64,000 nt of DNA from Alphaproteobacteria bacterium (GCA_965237415.1 CBDEFM010000002.1:3008001-3072000), one strand, 5' to 3'; counted from the stretch's first letter, positions 20,301 to 28,784 are shown. Numbers and translations are program-made. The notes: generated by a model not told the origin, from the letters alone.

Positions 20301-22269
20301 GCGCCACGAGGGAGCGGCGCCGGTGGTGAAGCTCCGGATCGGCAACGAGACGCGCGATGCGGCGCTGGTCCGCATCCGCCAGCCCGGCACGGCGGGGATC
20401 GGGGATTCGGGCTATGGCAGCGGCGACACGCTCGTCTTCGCCTACACGGTGCGGCAAGACGACGAGGACATGGACGGGATCGCGATCCCGGCGAACGGGC
20501 TGCGGCTCAACGGCGGGCGCCTCGTCGACGCGAGCCCCGGCGGCCGCGGCGACGCGGCGGCGGTCGGGCTCGGCCGGGCGCGGCACTTCCCGGGGCACCG
20601 GGTGCAGGGGGTGCTGCCGCGGGTCACGGGCATCGAGCGGCTCGACAACAAGGTGTGGGTGCATTACGAGCGCGACCTCCAGCCGTGGACGCTCGATCCG
20701 GTCCTCCGGACCGGCGCGCTCGGGGGGCAGTTCCACCCGGGCTACTCGTTGTCGAGGCCGGTCTCGCATGCGGTGATCGACGCCCGGATCGTGCGCGGGC
20801 GCGGCTGGTCGCGGAACTGCGGGCGGACGGAGACCGGCTGCCGGACGGTCCGGCTGACGCTCGGCAGGGTCCACCGCGACGCGACGGGCGGGCCGGGTCG
20901 GGAGGGGGGCTACGAGGCGCCCGAGCCGGGCGAGACGGTGCGGATCTCCTACGCGCCGAGCCCGCACCATGCGAAGTACCGGCTGCGCGACGCGGCGGGC
21001 AACGAGGTGCCGGGGTTTGCCCCGGAGGTGGCGGTGCATCTGGCGCCGGGCAGCGCCCCGGTGCTCGCGGTGGACGACGGCGCGGGCCGGGAAGGAGTGG
21101 CCCCGGTCCGGTTCACGGTGCGGCTGGTGCCGGCGGCGACGTCGGAGGTCACGGTGGACTACATGACCGCCGACATGCCGGCGACGGTGCGGGCGCCCGC
21201 CGGGCGGGCGACCGCGGGCGTCGACTACGAGGCGAAGTCGGGCACGCTGGTGTTCGCGCCGAAGGAGACGGTGAAGACGATCGAGGTGACGGTCCTCGAG
21301 GACACGGCGGACGACAGCGGCGAGGTCTTCCGGCTGTTGCTGGCCAACCCGTCGGGTGCGGCGCTCGGCGACGCCGTGGCGACGGGGACGATCCGGAACG
21401 ACGAGCTGCTGACGGCGGCCTTCGGGTCGCTGCCGCCGAGCCATGACGGGGAGACGGCGTTCACGCTCGGGCTCGCGTTCAGCGAGGAGGTGGCGGTGAG
21501 CGCGCAGATGCTGCGCGACGCGGCGCTGCGCGTGACCGGCGGGTCGGTGACCGGGGTGCGGCAGGTCGATGCCGCGAGCACCCGGCGCTGGGAGATCGCG
21601 GTCGCGCCGTCGTCGGACGCTGCGGTGACGGTGGCGCTCGCGCCGCAGGCGAGCTGCGATGCGGTCGGCGCGGTCTGCACCGAAGACGGTCTGGGGCTGG
21701 ACCGGGCGGCCGAGGCGGCGGTGCCGGGGCCGGCGGCGCTGGAGGCGCCGGCGGTGGCGGGCGTGGCGCAGGTGGGCTCGACGCTCGAGGCGTCGGTCGC
21801 CGGGACGCCGGGCGGCGCGGTGACCTGGCAGTGGCTGCGCGGCGTCGAGGAGATCGCGGGGGCGGACGCGTCCGCCTACACGCCGGTGGCGGCGGACGTG
21901 GGCGCGCGGCTCTCGGTGCGGGCCGGGCGCGGCGGCGCGGCGGCGACCAGCGCACCGACGGCGCCGGTGTGGCCGGCGCCGGTCAACCCGCCGCTCGCTT
22001 CGGGCGAGGAGGAGCTGCTGTCGGCGGTGCTGACGCTGGGATCGCTGCAATCCAGCGTCCCGCTCGGCGGCTATCCACGAGGCGCGCGGTTTCCTCACGG
22101 ATGCGGCTGCGCTCATGGACGCGGCAAGGGCCGCGCGGGTCTTCGTCGAGGTGTACGAGGAAATACCTGCCGCCCGCGTGCAGCGGATCGTCGAGCGCGA
22201 AGACATCGCCGACATGGTCGCCGTCCAGGCATATGCGGGATTCCTCCGGGGCGACGCGGCGGAAGCTGA
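14317..22269 (+). CDS. Giant secreted/surface protein (Fn3, SwmB-like, Calx-beta and Ig-like repeats), C-terminally truncated near 22075
   Basis: Signal-like LASFLLLLLAAVCAFSPRAEA; repeated Fn3 (PGAPTGLTA...W..P...YRIE...YRVSAIN), SwmB-like (FNE.LD...VTYTDP...IQDAAGND) and Calx-beta (ATAGVDYEAKSGTLVFAPKET) motifs. Start inferred at GTG 14317 (ORF track starts at 14167). The last ~65 aa look like read-through into foreign DNA. Confidence 0.85.
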   Translation: MTGAGAPARGVRPAPAPAGAARRAGARLASFLLLLLAAVCAFSPRAEAQPAAMDSTPMVTTFVDNTAESRLGASDIFTDGESAQSFTTGMNAGGYVLSSIEIVSTAQNKAFSVEVHTTDADGGPDTLFATLTAPSDFSVADVEFTATANTVLAANTTYAVFLPEPSGLDAFLSATLSNTDGGSDGWGIGDAYHFYNTGTSAWQLAGSGRSLRMAVKGTAVASSGSNPATGLPAVTGTARVGSTVTASTALIRDADGLTGPAYEYQWLRVDGGSDTEISGATGRTYELTADDAGKRVRVRVSFTDDALNEETLTSSAFPRTGTIAMPVPAMTDPSDLLSATLTVKDVASQYLGCSGGTSASQVSCKNTDVLTARGFTVPGTTTTRNIDTIQLSTGGGLIVSFDGSFTDEQKARLAIAFGTTELDLSDATFSGNEARWTGTGLSWTADDTVAVKVKDRGTGDVTPPALNLQGSFVNSHGQNFFLQFNEVLDGDNLPPPSAVTVTVDSSPVAVTGISRLSGTLIVDVSPVILAAQTVVVTYTDPTPGDDAQAIQDAAGNDVATFENVAVRNGSTVTGVPGAPTGLTATKAAGANRGTQIDLAWDEPSDTGLSQISGYRIEWSADGNAPWADLVPDTGSTDRTYPDSGLPSPTTRHYRVSAINQQGTGSPSGIADATTDDTVGPVLESPEVSGTGTQLELRFNEAFPSPDAPPKTAFTVTADGAPVDIGHTGVTGNSGILLNVLSPTIRQGQTVVVTYTDPNPGSNDATGVIQDTSGNDAASFTTGAGGVPAVVNSSTQAPTAPGKVPNLAAAPGGDTSIVLTWDRPADNGGRVIESYRIEVSEDVDPLVWQELEDEHDAMKDGAIERRYEHPGLDPATTRHYRVRAKNAVGDGDWSDEDGATTTSGAPDAPTGLTATPGLPSPRDGTTLIRLGWDAPTLAQEGDSRITGYRIEVSEDVDPLVWEALVPDTGNRNRVYRHTGLGSEVTRHYRVFAINDDGTSLASEVDSATTPDILGPVPVSASVAETGTKLTIVFNEMLDGTAANLPAAGRFTVRAGDGARFRIGGVAVSGTDATLSLHADSPVIRTGQALTVVYTDRTASDDAAGVVQDDDGNDAAAFTLGPGQTVTVTNGSNEPATAPGKPQNVEAESGGDDRIVLTWDAPADNGGRAIADYRVEVSTDGNPPWTELAASHNTMTGGRFEYTHTGLGTGDVRHYRVSARNAIGRGSASDTEMGVVDLKGRVVLSAAAASVAEGGSVAWTVTATTDEDARPESGLQMQVTVVSEDGTAAAPGDYAALEAAAGTVTFRRSDFHRRSVQDVGYRWVAVKRGPVAVAIADDVEVEAEESFALTMSIGSGGTSWVRGTDRVEVAIPDTDEWGIAVVAEPAGIAEGETREVALTARIVLGDGTVPAEDACVARFPVSVRLETGGTATAGTDYTLDGALDGQTIAACGAEASWRVTLTAAVDRVDDPGETVAFAPELVEAPETAPALQAPAAVTVGESRGVVLSAFALDVEEGGEESYTAVLTSRPTGTVRLTPRVSGDPDVTVEQPRLTFTRDNWNQPQTLTVLADQDPDDEDDAATISHGVTGADYGANGVTAGEVRVAVLDDDKTFGVMTVRLSDGADGAGTHDPAPAEHHGEAFHIALWWSETRTHDYEAPRKAIGADRAIRVTGAAVVPVRDEHTGSWTQSRLRLKLTPDGTDDVTLVLEPMDCSYPDWRQPRPDPHALCAWRRDGLGITGLPERVRWTVHGIGAAPAAPPNLTLGTDEILTVQADVVDSRTVLVAGFDADRDASHWRVEAQAPGGDWSGARVWRGAKHGSRHNVRLDGLAPDGAWAVRARWENRYGAGPWAEVRTTDGVAPPAPRGLAAAPGPDGRSVRLTWRPASAASAARYQYRLGRLAQTMAGGWLDIPDSGPGAAHRASFTVHGLERVWEIKAQLRAVSASGRAGAASAEARVPAARPRVLDEGVALTSDPGEDGRYGIGDRIEVAVTMSRPVRHEGAAPVVKLRIGNETRDAALVRIRQPGTAGIGDSGYGSGDTLVFAYTVRQDDEDMDGIAIPANGLRLNGGRLVDASPGGRGDAAAVGLGRARHFPGHRVQGVLPRVTGIERLDNKVWVHYERDLQPWTLDPVLRTGALGGQFHPGYSLSRPVSHAVIDARIVRGRGWSRNCGRTETGCRTVRLTLGRVHRDATGGPGREGGYEAPEPGETVRISYAPSPHHAKYRLRDAAGNEVPGFAPEVAVHLAPGSAPVLAVDDGAGREGVAPVRFTVRLVPAATSEVTVDYMTADMPATVRAPAGRATAGVDYEAKSGTLVFAPKETVKTIEVTVLEDTADDSGEVFRLLLANPSGAALGDAVATGTIRNDELLTAAFGSLPPSHDGETAFTLGLAFSEEVAVSAQMLRDAALRVTGGSVTGVRQVDAASTRRWEIAVAPSSDAAVTVALAPQASCDAVGAVCTEDGLGLDRAAEAAVPGPAALEAPAVAGVAQVGSTLEASVAGTPGGAVTWQWLRGVEEIAGADASAYTPVAADVGARLSVRAGRGGAAATSAPTAPVWPAPVNPPLASGEEELLSAVLTLGSLQSSVPLGGYPRGARFPHGCGCAHGRGKGRAGLRRGVRGNTCRPRAADRRARRHRRHGRRPGICGIPPGRRGGS

Positions 22270-22275
22270 GGCCGC

Positions 22276-22632
22276 TCATGACGCGCTCCCGCCAGCTTGG
22301 GGCGCATCGCGTTCGGCGAGAATGCCAGCGGCCCAGGCCGCGGCGCGGGCCAGAACCTCGCCGTGGCAGGGCCGCGGAAGACACCAGCACGCGTACCAAC
22401 ATCCCGCGATTTCGGCGAGCTCTTCGAGCGCGATCTCGCCGGCGCGGACGCGGCGCCAGAGATCGACGCGGTAGCGCGCGATCACGTCTTCGCGCGATCC
22501 GTCTACGCCTACCCTGAACGGATTGCCCCATTTCGTGCGGCGATCGATCAGCACGGTGTTGTTGTGCACGTGAGCGTATTCGAACGCCTCGCGGAGCTTC
22601 GGTTCTTGCCTCAGATTGATGACGGCGCTCAT
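22276..22632 (-). CDS. DUF4326-domain protein
   Basis: IDRRTKWGNPF...DGSREDVIARY...ACWCLPRPCHGEVL. Confidence 0.85.
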   Translation of the reverse strand: MSAVINLRQEPKLREAFEYAHVHNNTVLIDRRTKWGNPFRVGVDGSREDVIARYRVDLWRRVRAGEIALEELAEIAGCWYACWCLPRPCHGEVLARAAAWAAGILAERDAPQAGGSAS

Positions 22633-22658
22633 GGACTCTCTCCTCTCTCCGGGTGGCC

Positions 22659-23696
22659 TTACCCGGCACTCCGCTCTCCTCTCCTCCCCGCGAAGCGGAC
22701 CAGCGGCGCGAGCCTGGCGCGGAGCGCCGGCGCACCGAGCGACGTGAGGTCGTCGTTGAAGTCGTTGCCCACGGGGACGACGATGGTGGCGGCGACGCCG
22801 GCCCGCGCAGAGCGCCGGGCGAGGCGCTCGGCCGCGAGCGCGCCGTCCGGATCGTTGTCCCGCGCGATGACGATGCGCGCGACGCCGGGCGGCGGCGCGA
22901 ACGCGCCGAGGCTGCCGGCCGACAGCGCCGCCGCGGCGCCGATCTCCGGCATGGCGGTGATGAGGGACAGCACCGTCTCGATCCCCTCGCCGACGACGAG
23001 CGAAGCGAGTCCGTCGGCGGGGACGGCGCCGAAGCGGACCGCATGACCGAAGATCCGCCCGAGCGCCTTGCGCGGGTTCGTGACGCTCGCCTTGGCCGGC
23101 CGGCGCGGGTCCAGCCAGGTGCGCTGGACGCCGAGGATGGCACCGTCACCCGAGCCTTCCCCGCCGTCGCCGGTGACGGCGGCGACCAGCGCCGGAAACC
23201 GGCGCACTGACGAGCCTTCGCGATAGCGAAGCTCGGGATGGAAGCGAAGCGCCGCGAAGCGGCAGCGCGACAGCCCGCGCGCGTGCAGATAGCGCTCGGC
23301 ATGGCTGCCGGCGATGGCGCGGCATTGCCGCCACAGGCGGCGTGCCGCCTCGGTGGCGTCGTAGTCGCCGCCGCTGTCTATCGCCGGCGCAGCCGGCAGG
23401 GCGAGGAAGGCGCGCGCCTCGTCGAGCGCCGCGCGCAGCGACGGCGCGCGGGTGCGGTGGCGGATGAGGTCGAGGAGATCGCCATGCTGCCCCGTCGCGG
23501 CATCGGTCCACTTGCCGGGCGTTCCCGAGCCGGAGAGGCGGACGAACAGCGAGCGGCCGCGGGCGCCGTCGAGATCTCCCGCCACCCAGTAGCGGCCGAG
23601 CTTGCGGCCGTGCGGGAGGTAGCGCCGGCAAACGGCTTCGGCCTGCAGGCCGAGCGCGGCGGCGATGCCGGCGGCGGGAGACGGTTCGTGCTGCAT
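22659..23696 (-). CDS. Plasmid/ICE primase-like protein with C-terminal Toprim domain
   Basis: GKWTDAATGQHGDLLDLI, AERYLHARGL, LVVGEGIETVLS, IARDND and DFNDDL motifs. Confidence 0.85.
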   Translation of the reverse strand: MQHEPSPAAGIAAALGLQAEAVCRRYLPHGRKLGRYWVAGDLDGARGRSLFVRLSGSGTPGKWTDAATGQHGDLLDLIRHRTRAPSLRAALDEARAFLALPAAPAIDSGGDYDATEAARRLWRQCRAIAGSHAERYLHARGLSRCRFAALRFHPELRYREGSSVRRFPALVAAVTGDGGEGSGDGAILGVQRTWLDPRRPAKASVTNPRKALGRIFGHAVRFGAVPADGLASLVVGEGIETVLSLITAMPEIGAAAALSAGSLGAFAPPPGVARIVIARDNDPDGALAAERLARRSARAGVAATIVVPVGNDFNDDLTSLGAPALRARLAPLVRFAGRRGERSAG

Positions 23697-23882
23697 GCGG
23701 GACTCCTTCCGATCCGTGCGGGACGCCCGATACCGGCCGGCCTCCTCTCAGGCCGGCGCCGGAGGGCGAGCGGCCAGCGCGAGGCGCGGGCGCGCGGCCC
23801 GAACGGACCGGGCTCCCCATCGGCGGGATAGAAGAGGCCGGCGCGCGAAGCGCCGGCCGGGAAGGACGGGAGCGCGCGCCGG

Positions 23883-24335
23883 TCAGGCGCAGGGCGCGTC
23901 GGCAAGCCGGCCGACGCGTATCCGGCCGGTCCACGCGGCGGACCGCGCAGGGGCATCGCCGTCGCGCAGCTGCTGGCGCAGCTCCATCCAGAGCCGCCCC
24001 AGCACGTTCTCGCCGCGGTAGCTGTCGCCCGCCGGCTTCGCGCCCCACCAGGGGTCGCGGGTCGAGACCTCCACGATCGGGCGCTCGCCGGTGCGCGCCA
24101 GCGCGTCGTCGATCCCGGCCGCGTTGGCCTCGCGCTTCATGCGCAGCACCCAGCGCATCGCGTTCACGCGCTGCGCGTTCCAGCAGGGGTCCATGCCGAT
24201 GCCGGTGCCGCGCCCGATGCCGGCCGCCTCGCGCGCCGTCGGGGCGTTCACGATCCGACGCTGCACCTCCGGGGCGGCGCCGAACTTCGCCGCCTGGTAC
24301 AAGTGCTCCGACGTTGGAAACGACCACGGGCCGGC
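23883..24335 (-). CDS. NADAR-family protein, apparently 5'-truncated
   Basis: FPTSEHLYQAAKF...W...RVNAMRWVLRMK...TGERPIVEVSTRDPWWG...GENVLGRLWMELR; the usual N-terminal FSNF-type motif and an ATG start are absent. Confidence 0.8.
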   Translation of the reverse strand, partial: AGPWSFPTSEHLYQAAKFGAAPEVQRRIVNAPTAREAAGIGRGTGIGMDPCWNAQRVNAMRWVLRMKREANAAGIDDALARTGERPIVEVSTRDPWWGAKPAGDSYRGENVLGRLWMELRQQLRDGDAPARSAAWTGRIRVGRLADAPCA

Positions 24336-24386
24336 GAAGCGGCCCGCGCGCGCAGTGTTGGATCCCGGGCGGCAGGCCGCCCGGCG

Positions 24387-24842
24387 TTACCGTCGGGCAG
24401 GTTCGTGGATGACGATCGAGACGCGCTCGCATGGCGCGAGGCGGTCGACCAGCAGGGACCGGACCGGGGGCCAGGGCAATCCGCCCAGGCCGCATCCGAG
24501 CGGCGGGATCGCGACGGAGAGGATGGCGCGGCGGCGGAGGATGCCGGCGAGGTCGTCGAGGCCATCGGCGATGTCCTCGATGCGGCTGCGGTCGCGCCAG
24601 TGGCGCTTGGTCGGGAAGTTGACGACGAAACGCGGCCGCTCGGCGCCGGTGTCGAAGACGAAGCAGCGCCGGGGCCGGACCTCGCGGCGCGCGCAGGCGT
24701 TCCGGTAAGCCTCGAAATTGGCCGGGAAACGATGCCTGAACTGGAGGGCGAGTCCCTTGCCCATGACGCCGACGCAGTTGACGGGATTGACGAGGGCCTG
24801 GCAACCGGAGTCGAAGATGTTGCCCTGGGTGAAACGGATCAT
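24387..24842 (-). CDS. Stand-alone DarG-like macrodomain protein
   Basis: MIRFTQGNIF...ALVNPVNCVGVMGKGLALQF...NFPTKRHW...IPPLGCGLGGL.W. Confidence 0.9.
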   Translation of the reverse strand: MIRFTQGNIFDSGCQALVNPVNCVGVMGKGLALQFRHRFPANFEAYRNACARREVRPRRCFVFDTGAERPRFVVNFPTKRHWRDRSRIEDIADGLDDLAGILRRRAILSVAIPPLGCGLGGLPWPPVRSLLVDRLAPCERVSIVIHEPARR

Positions 24843-24891
24843 GGCGTAACTCCTGGCAGGGGAAGATTGAAGAAGACCGGCGGCGCCCGGC

Positions 24892-25476
24892 TCACGGACG
24901 ACCGGCGCCGGAAGCCAGCGTTCGGAAGGTGGCGGAGACGCGGGTCGAGCGGCGGCGCCCGCCGGCGGTCCGGTCGATGCCGTGCATCCATGCGGTGCGC
25001 GCGGGGCCCGCGAGCACCAGCACGGAGCGTCGGGGCAGCACCGCGACCTCGTCGCCGGGAAGTGCATCGCGGGCGTAGGGGCGCACGGCGCGGCGTCGGA
25101 ACTGCATCGGCCAGTCGTCGGCGAGCGAGAGCGACGCCACGACCGGGCCGAAATCGGCGTGGTCGGCGTGCATCCCGATGCCCTGGCCGGGGCGGTACTC
25201 GTTGACGATGCACTGCACCGGGAGCACGCCCCCGAAATGCTCGCGCAGCCGCTCGGCCATGATCTCCTCCCAGCGCGGGAACGGCGCGGCGGGGACCGGG
25301 CGGCTCGCGCCCCGGTAGTCGTAGCGGTAGCCGTAATGCTGCACCCGGCGGTTCAGCTCGGCGAGCCAGGGCGCCTCGCCGATGCGCTGGAGGATGCGGG
25401 CCTCCTCGGCCGGGGTGACGAAGTCGGGGACGATGACGGCCCCCTGGGCGAAGACGCTCGTGGTGTCGCGGGTCAT
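24892..25476 (-). CDS. AlkB-family 2OG-Fe(II) dioxygenase
   Basis: RRVQHYGYRYDY, QCIVNEY.PGQGIGMHAD (HxD), W.HGI and RVSATFR motifs. Confidence 0.9.
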   Translation of the reverse strand: MTRDTTSVFAQGAVIVPDFVTPAEEARILQRIGEAPWLAELNRRVQHYGYRYDYRGASRPVPAAPFPRWEEIMAERLREHFGGVLPVQCIVNEYRPGQGIGMHADHADFGPVVASLSLADDWPMQFRRRAVRPYARDALPGDEVAVLPRRSVLVLAGPARTAWMHGIDRTAGGRRRSTRVSATFRTLASGAGRP

Positions 25477-25652
25477 GCTCTCTCTCCCGATGCAAGCGAA
25501 CGCCTTAGACACGCTTCCCTCCTCCTCCGGCAGCGGAGACGCACCGGAGGGTCATCGCAGCGGGGGACTCCAGGCCGTTTGCAAAAGGGGGGCCGGCGCG
25601 GAGGCACCGGCCCCAGTCGGGAGGGAGGAAACGAAACGATGACGACCGATCG

Positions 25653-26105
25653 CTAGAACGGAATTTCGGACCCGTCGTCGATATCGGCCGGAGCGGCGGC
25701 GCCGGTGTCGCCCGCCATGGCGGGGTCGGCCTGCGCCGGGGCACCGTTGCCGTTCGGCTTGTCCAAGAACTGGACGCGTCCGCCGGGGACGAGCAGGATC
25801 TCGGTGGAGAACCGGTCGCCGTCCTCGTCCGTCTTCGACCAGCGCCGCGTCTGCAGCTTGCCGTCGATGTAGACCAGGCGGCCCTTGGTGGCGTGCTTGA
25901 CGAACATGTCAATCAGCCCGTCCTGGAAGGTGACGACCCTGTGCCACTCGGTCTTGTCGACCTTGTCGCCGGTCTGGCGATTTATGTAGCTCTCGTCGGT
26001 CGCGATGCTCAGATTGGCGACGCGGCCGCCGCTCATGAGCTGGTTGACGGTGACGTCGGCGCCGAGGCGGCCGATCAGCTCGACCCTGTTGAGTCCGAAT
26101 GCCAT
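25653..26105 (-). CDS. ssb: Single-stranded DNA-binding protein
   Basis: LNRVELIGRLGAD...TEWHRVV...KGRLVYIDGKLQTRRW and acidic tail DDGSEIPF. Confidence 0.95.
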   Translation of the reverse strand: MAFGLNRVELIGRLGADVTVNQLMSGGRVANLSIATDESYINRQTGDKVDKTEWHRVVTFQDGLIDMFVKHATKGRLVYIDGKLQTRRWSKTDEDGDRFSTEILLVPGGRVQFLDKPNGNGAPAQADPAMAGDTGAAAPADIDDGSEIPF

Positions 26106-26208
26106 GGGGTATCTCCTTCATGGACTGGATGATGACGATGGGTGATGAACGTCGGGGACCGGGATCACTCTCCCGAACCCCCTTCGTTCACTCTTCTCAA
26201 GCCCTCCT

Positions 26209-26409
26209 CTAACTCCAGGCTGCCGCGCGGGACGGCATGGCCGGGAAGAGGTCCGCGAACCGGCGTTCGGGAAACGACACGCCCCGGTCGGGACAGCGCA
26301 TGGCGCGATCGTCCTCGATGGTCTCGCGGATGGTCTGGGGATTGAGCCCGATCTCGGCCAGCAGTTGGTTGCCGGTCGGGACGTCGGAATGGAAGTCGGG
26401 AAGAAACAT
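26209..26409 (-). CDS. Small hypothetical protein
   Basis: MFLPDFHSDVPTGNQLLAEIGLNPQ..., preceded by a caggag RBS and co-oriented with its neighbours. Confidence 0.45.
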   Translation of the reverse strand: MFLPDFHSDVPTGNQLLAEIGLNPQTIRETIEDDRAMRCPDRGVSFPERRFADLFPAMPSRAAAWS

Positions 26410-26509
26410 GGGTTTGGTCTCCTGTCCGGAATGCCAGCCCGGCATCGGTTCGGGAGACCCTCTCTCACCGACCCTGCCGGGCTTGCCCGGCGCACGCTGT
26501 TCTCGAACT

Positions 26510-27049
26510 CTATGAGGCGGCGGCGGCCCGGCGGATCGCGGCAAGGTGTTCACAGGCCGTCCGCGGTGGGATCGCGCCGAGGTTCAGCACCGGGATGCCG
26601 TGGGCCCCGGCAATGCGGATGCCCATGCCCGTGCCGCCGGTGACGGCCCCGCCATCGCAGGTCCAGCAAACGACGGTGTCGACGGGCCGGTCCAGGCGGA
26701 CACCCAGCAGGATTCCGGCGTTCCTGGCGTGCAACTTGCGGACGGCCTGTGAGCAGCGGTCCCAGGCGGGATGATGGCGGGCGGCGAGATCGGTGCAGGC
26801 GTCAAGCTCGGACGGAGACAGAACGCGGCAGTCAGGTCCGGCATGGCCGTTATATCCGCGCCACGGCAGATACAGGGTTCTCCGGCCGGCCGGCGCGCCC
26901 CCGGCAAACGCAGTATCGGCACCGTGCGCGCCGCCGGAGTGCAAATGCCATCCGGTGCGGGCCAGCCACCCGGCCATCACGGTCATGTCGGCAAGGACCG
27001 ATGAAGGCGTCGCGCGGGCGCCGATCCCGGCATAGGTGAGTGTGGTCAT
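26510..27049 (-). CDS. SLOG-superfamily (DprA/SMF-like) protein
   Basis: YAGIGAR.TP...LHSGGAHGADTAF...LHARN...GGTGMGIRIA...IPVLNLG. Confidence 0.85.
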   Translation of the reverse strand: MTTLTYAGIGARATPSSVLADMTVMAGWLARTGWHLHSGGAHGADTAFAGGAPAGRRTLYLPWRGYNGHAGPDCRVLSPSELDACTDLAARHHPAWDRCSQAVRKLHARNAGILLGVRLDRPVDTVVCWTCDGGAVTGGTGMGIRIAGAHGIPVLNLGAIPPRTACEHLAAIRRAAAAS

Positions 27050-27183
27050 GTTCGATCCCCCGGATGCAAATTCAGCCGCGTCACTCTCCCGGCGCGCGGC
27101 TTCGCCCTCGCCCGGCTGTCCTCTTCCTCCGGCGGCGGGCCGGGGCTACGCCCCCCGGGTTGATTCGCGCTTCGGCGCCGGGC

Positions 27184-27417
27184 ATGGATAGGCCATGGAC
27201 GATCGGGCGCCGCGGGTTCTGGCCGCTGGCGCTGCTTTGGCTGCCGGCCGGGCTTGCGGCGACGATGGCGGTGCGTTTCGGGTCGGAGCACGGGTTGCCG
27301 GAGGCTGGTGGCATGGTGCCGGCGATGCTGCTGATGACTGCCGGATCGCTGGTCTTCTTCGCTCCCTGCGGCCTGCCGCTGGCGCTCGGTTGCCGGCGCG
27401 TGTGGCGGCTCGGCTAG
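27184..27417 (+). pseudogene. Membrane protein, truncated at junction with IS1595 fragment
   Basis: Hydrophobic MDRPWTIGRRGFWPLALLWLPAG...; ends abruptly where the transposase fragment ends. Confidence 0.5.
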
Positions 27418-28168
27418 CTCGCGCCACCGTCGGAGACCAGCAGGGCGTCCTTCGCGACCACCGGAGCGAGGGCAGCGGTGAGCGCCGCCGCATCAACCCT
27501 GGGCAGCACCGCGCTCACCGTCGTCCCGCTCCGATCCGCCGCCATGAGAACCGGCACCTGCTCGCGCGAGAGGCCGCGCTTCTTCGCCTTGCCGCCCCGC
27601 CGCCGTGCCTTGCGTCCCAGCCCGCGCGCACCCTTCCGGCTCTCCAGGACGTAGGTCTCGTCCGCTTCCACGATCCCCTTGAGCACCTCCGAATCGCTCC
27701 GCGCCGCCGCCAGAAACCGGTGACGCCAGCGGAACGCCGTGCTCACCGCCACGTCGCAGCGCGCCGCCGAGGCCTTCACCGTCTCCCCCTTCGCCAGCGA
27801 CGCCCCGAACGACAGCCAGCGTTCCTTGTGGTGCAAGCCCGACAGCGGCGTACCGCTCAGCGCGTTGAAGGTCCTGCCGCAGCCCTTGCACTGGTAGCGC
27901 CGCAGACCCCGCGCCATACCGCGCGAAACCGCCCCTTCGCTCGCGCAGTGCGGACAGCGCCGGGCCTCGTCCACACCAAGCTCGATCGCGGCCTTCGATG
28001 CCTCGCCCTCGCTCCGGCCCGAAAGCACCGCGAGCGCCTCGCGCCGCTGCGCGCGCGTCAGCCCGCGCGCCGCCGAAAGCCACACCTGGAAACCCTTGAT
28101 GTCCATGACCCAACCCCCTGCCGTTCCTCGCATTCTACCGCAAATGCATACAATTCAAGAATTGAGCC
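27414..28168 (-). mobile_element. IS1595-family element, truncated (transposase 28106 to 27414)
   Basis: Zn ribbon CPHC...YQCKGC, FRWRHRFL, IVEADETY, LLVSDG then stop; candidate end GGCTCAATTCTTGAATTG at 28168. Confidence 0.85.
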
Positions 28169-28600
28169 AACGTGAAAGCCGAATGTGATGCATTTTAAAC
28201 CAGAAATAGAGATACACGACTTTCCGGTGCAACTGCGTCGCTTTATATCAATTACGGGATGGCAACCATGGCGTAAGCGCTTGGACTGGTTACAAGATCA
28301 GGTTCGTGGCAATACCGCAATGGCATACTACCTGGTAGATCGATTTGAATTTGAACTGGTATTTTCGGATATGAGGAAACGGAAGAGATTAACAGGAAAA
28401 TACCTTGGAAATAGGCAAACCGATGCGGAGCATAGATTTCTTTCTTTTGTTTGCATGGTGTCGCTAATTCATAAGAACTTGAATAGCCAAGGCCGTAAAC
28501 GTATGAAATGAATGTTGCTGGATGCGCTAAAGAATGACTACGGCTTGGGCCCAGTATCGTATGAAGTCAAGGTCGCAACACATCTGATGACATTAGGTTT

Positions 28601-28784
28601 CCTGCTTATCCATGAAAGTCCGCTCACCGATGCCTTGTTCCTGCTCGTGTCTAAGTCCGACGAGGTCACAACGACGTAGGCGGGAGTTGCACGGTGCGGA
28701 CTCGGATATGGCACAGCGACTGGAAACCGCGATGGCTCATACGTTGCGTCTCGGCAGCCTTGCTGAGCTTCATGGATAAGCAGG
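28601..28784. mobile_element. MITE copy 1 (184 bp)
   Basis: TIRs CCTGCTTATCCATGA/TCATGGATAAGCAGG; 8-bp TSD TTAGGTTT at 28593-28600 and 28785-28792. Confidence 0.9.

Noticed and set aside
16522-22215. 1,897-aa ORF on the minus strand
   Set aside because: Arg/Pro-rich antisense shadow of the giant surface protein, expected in very high-GC coding DNA; no motifs.
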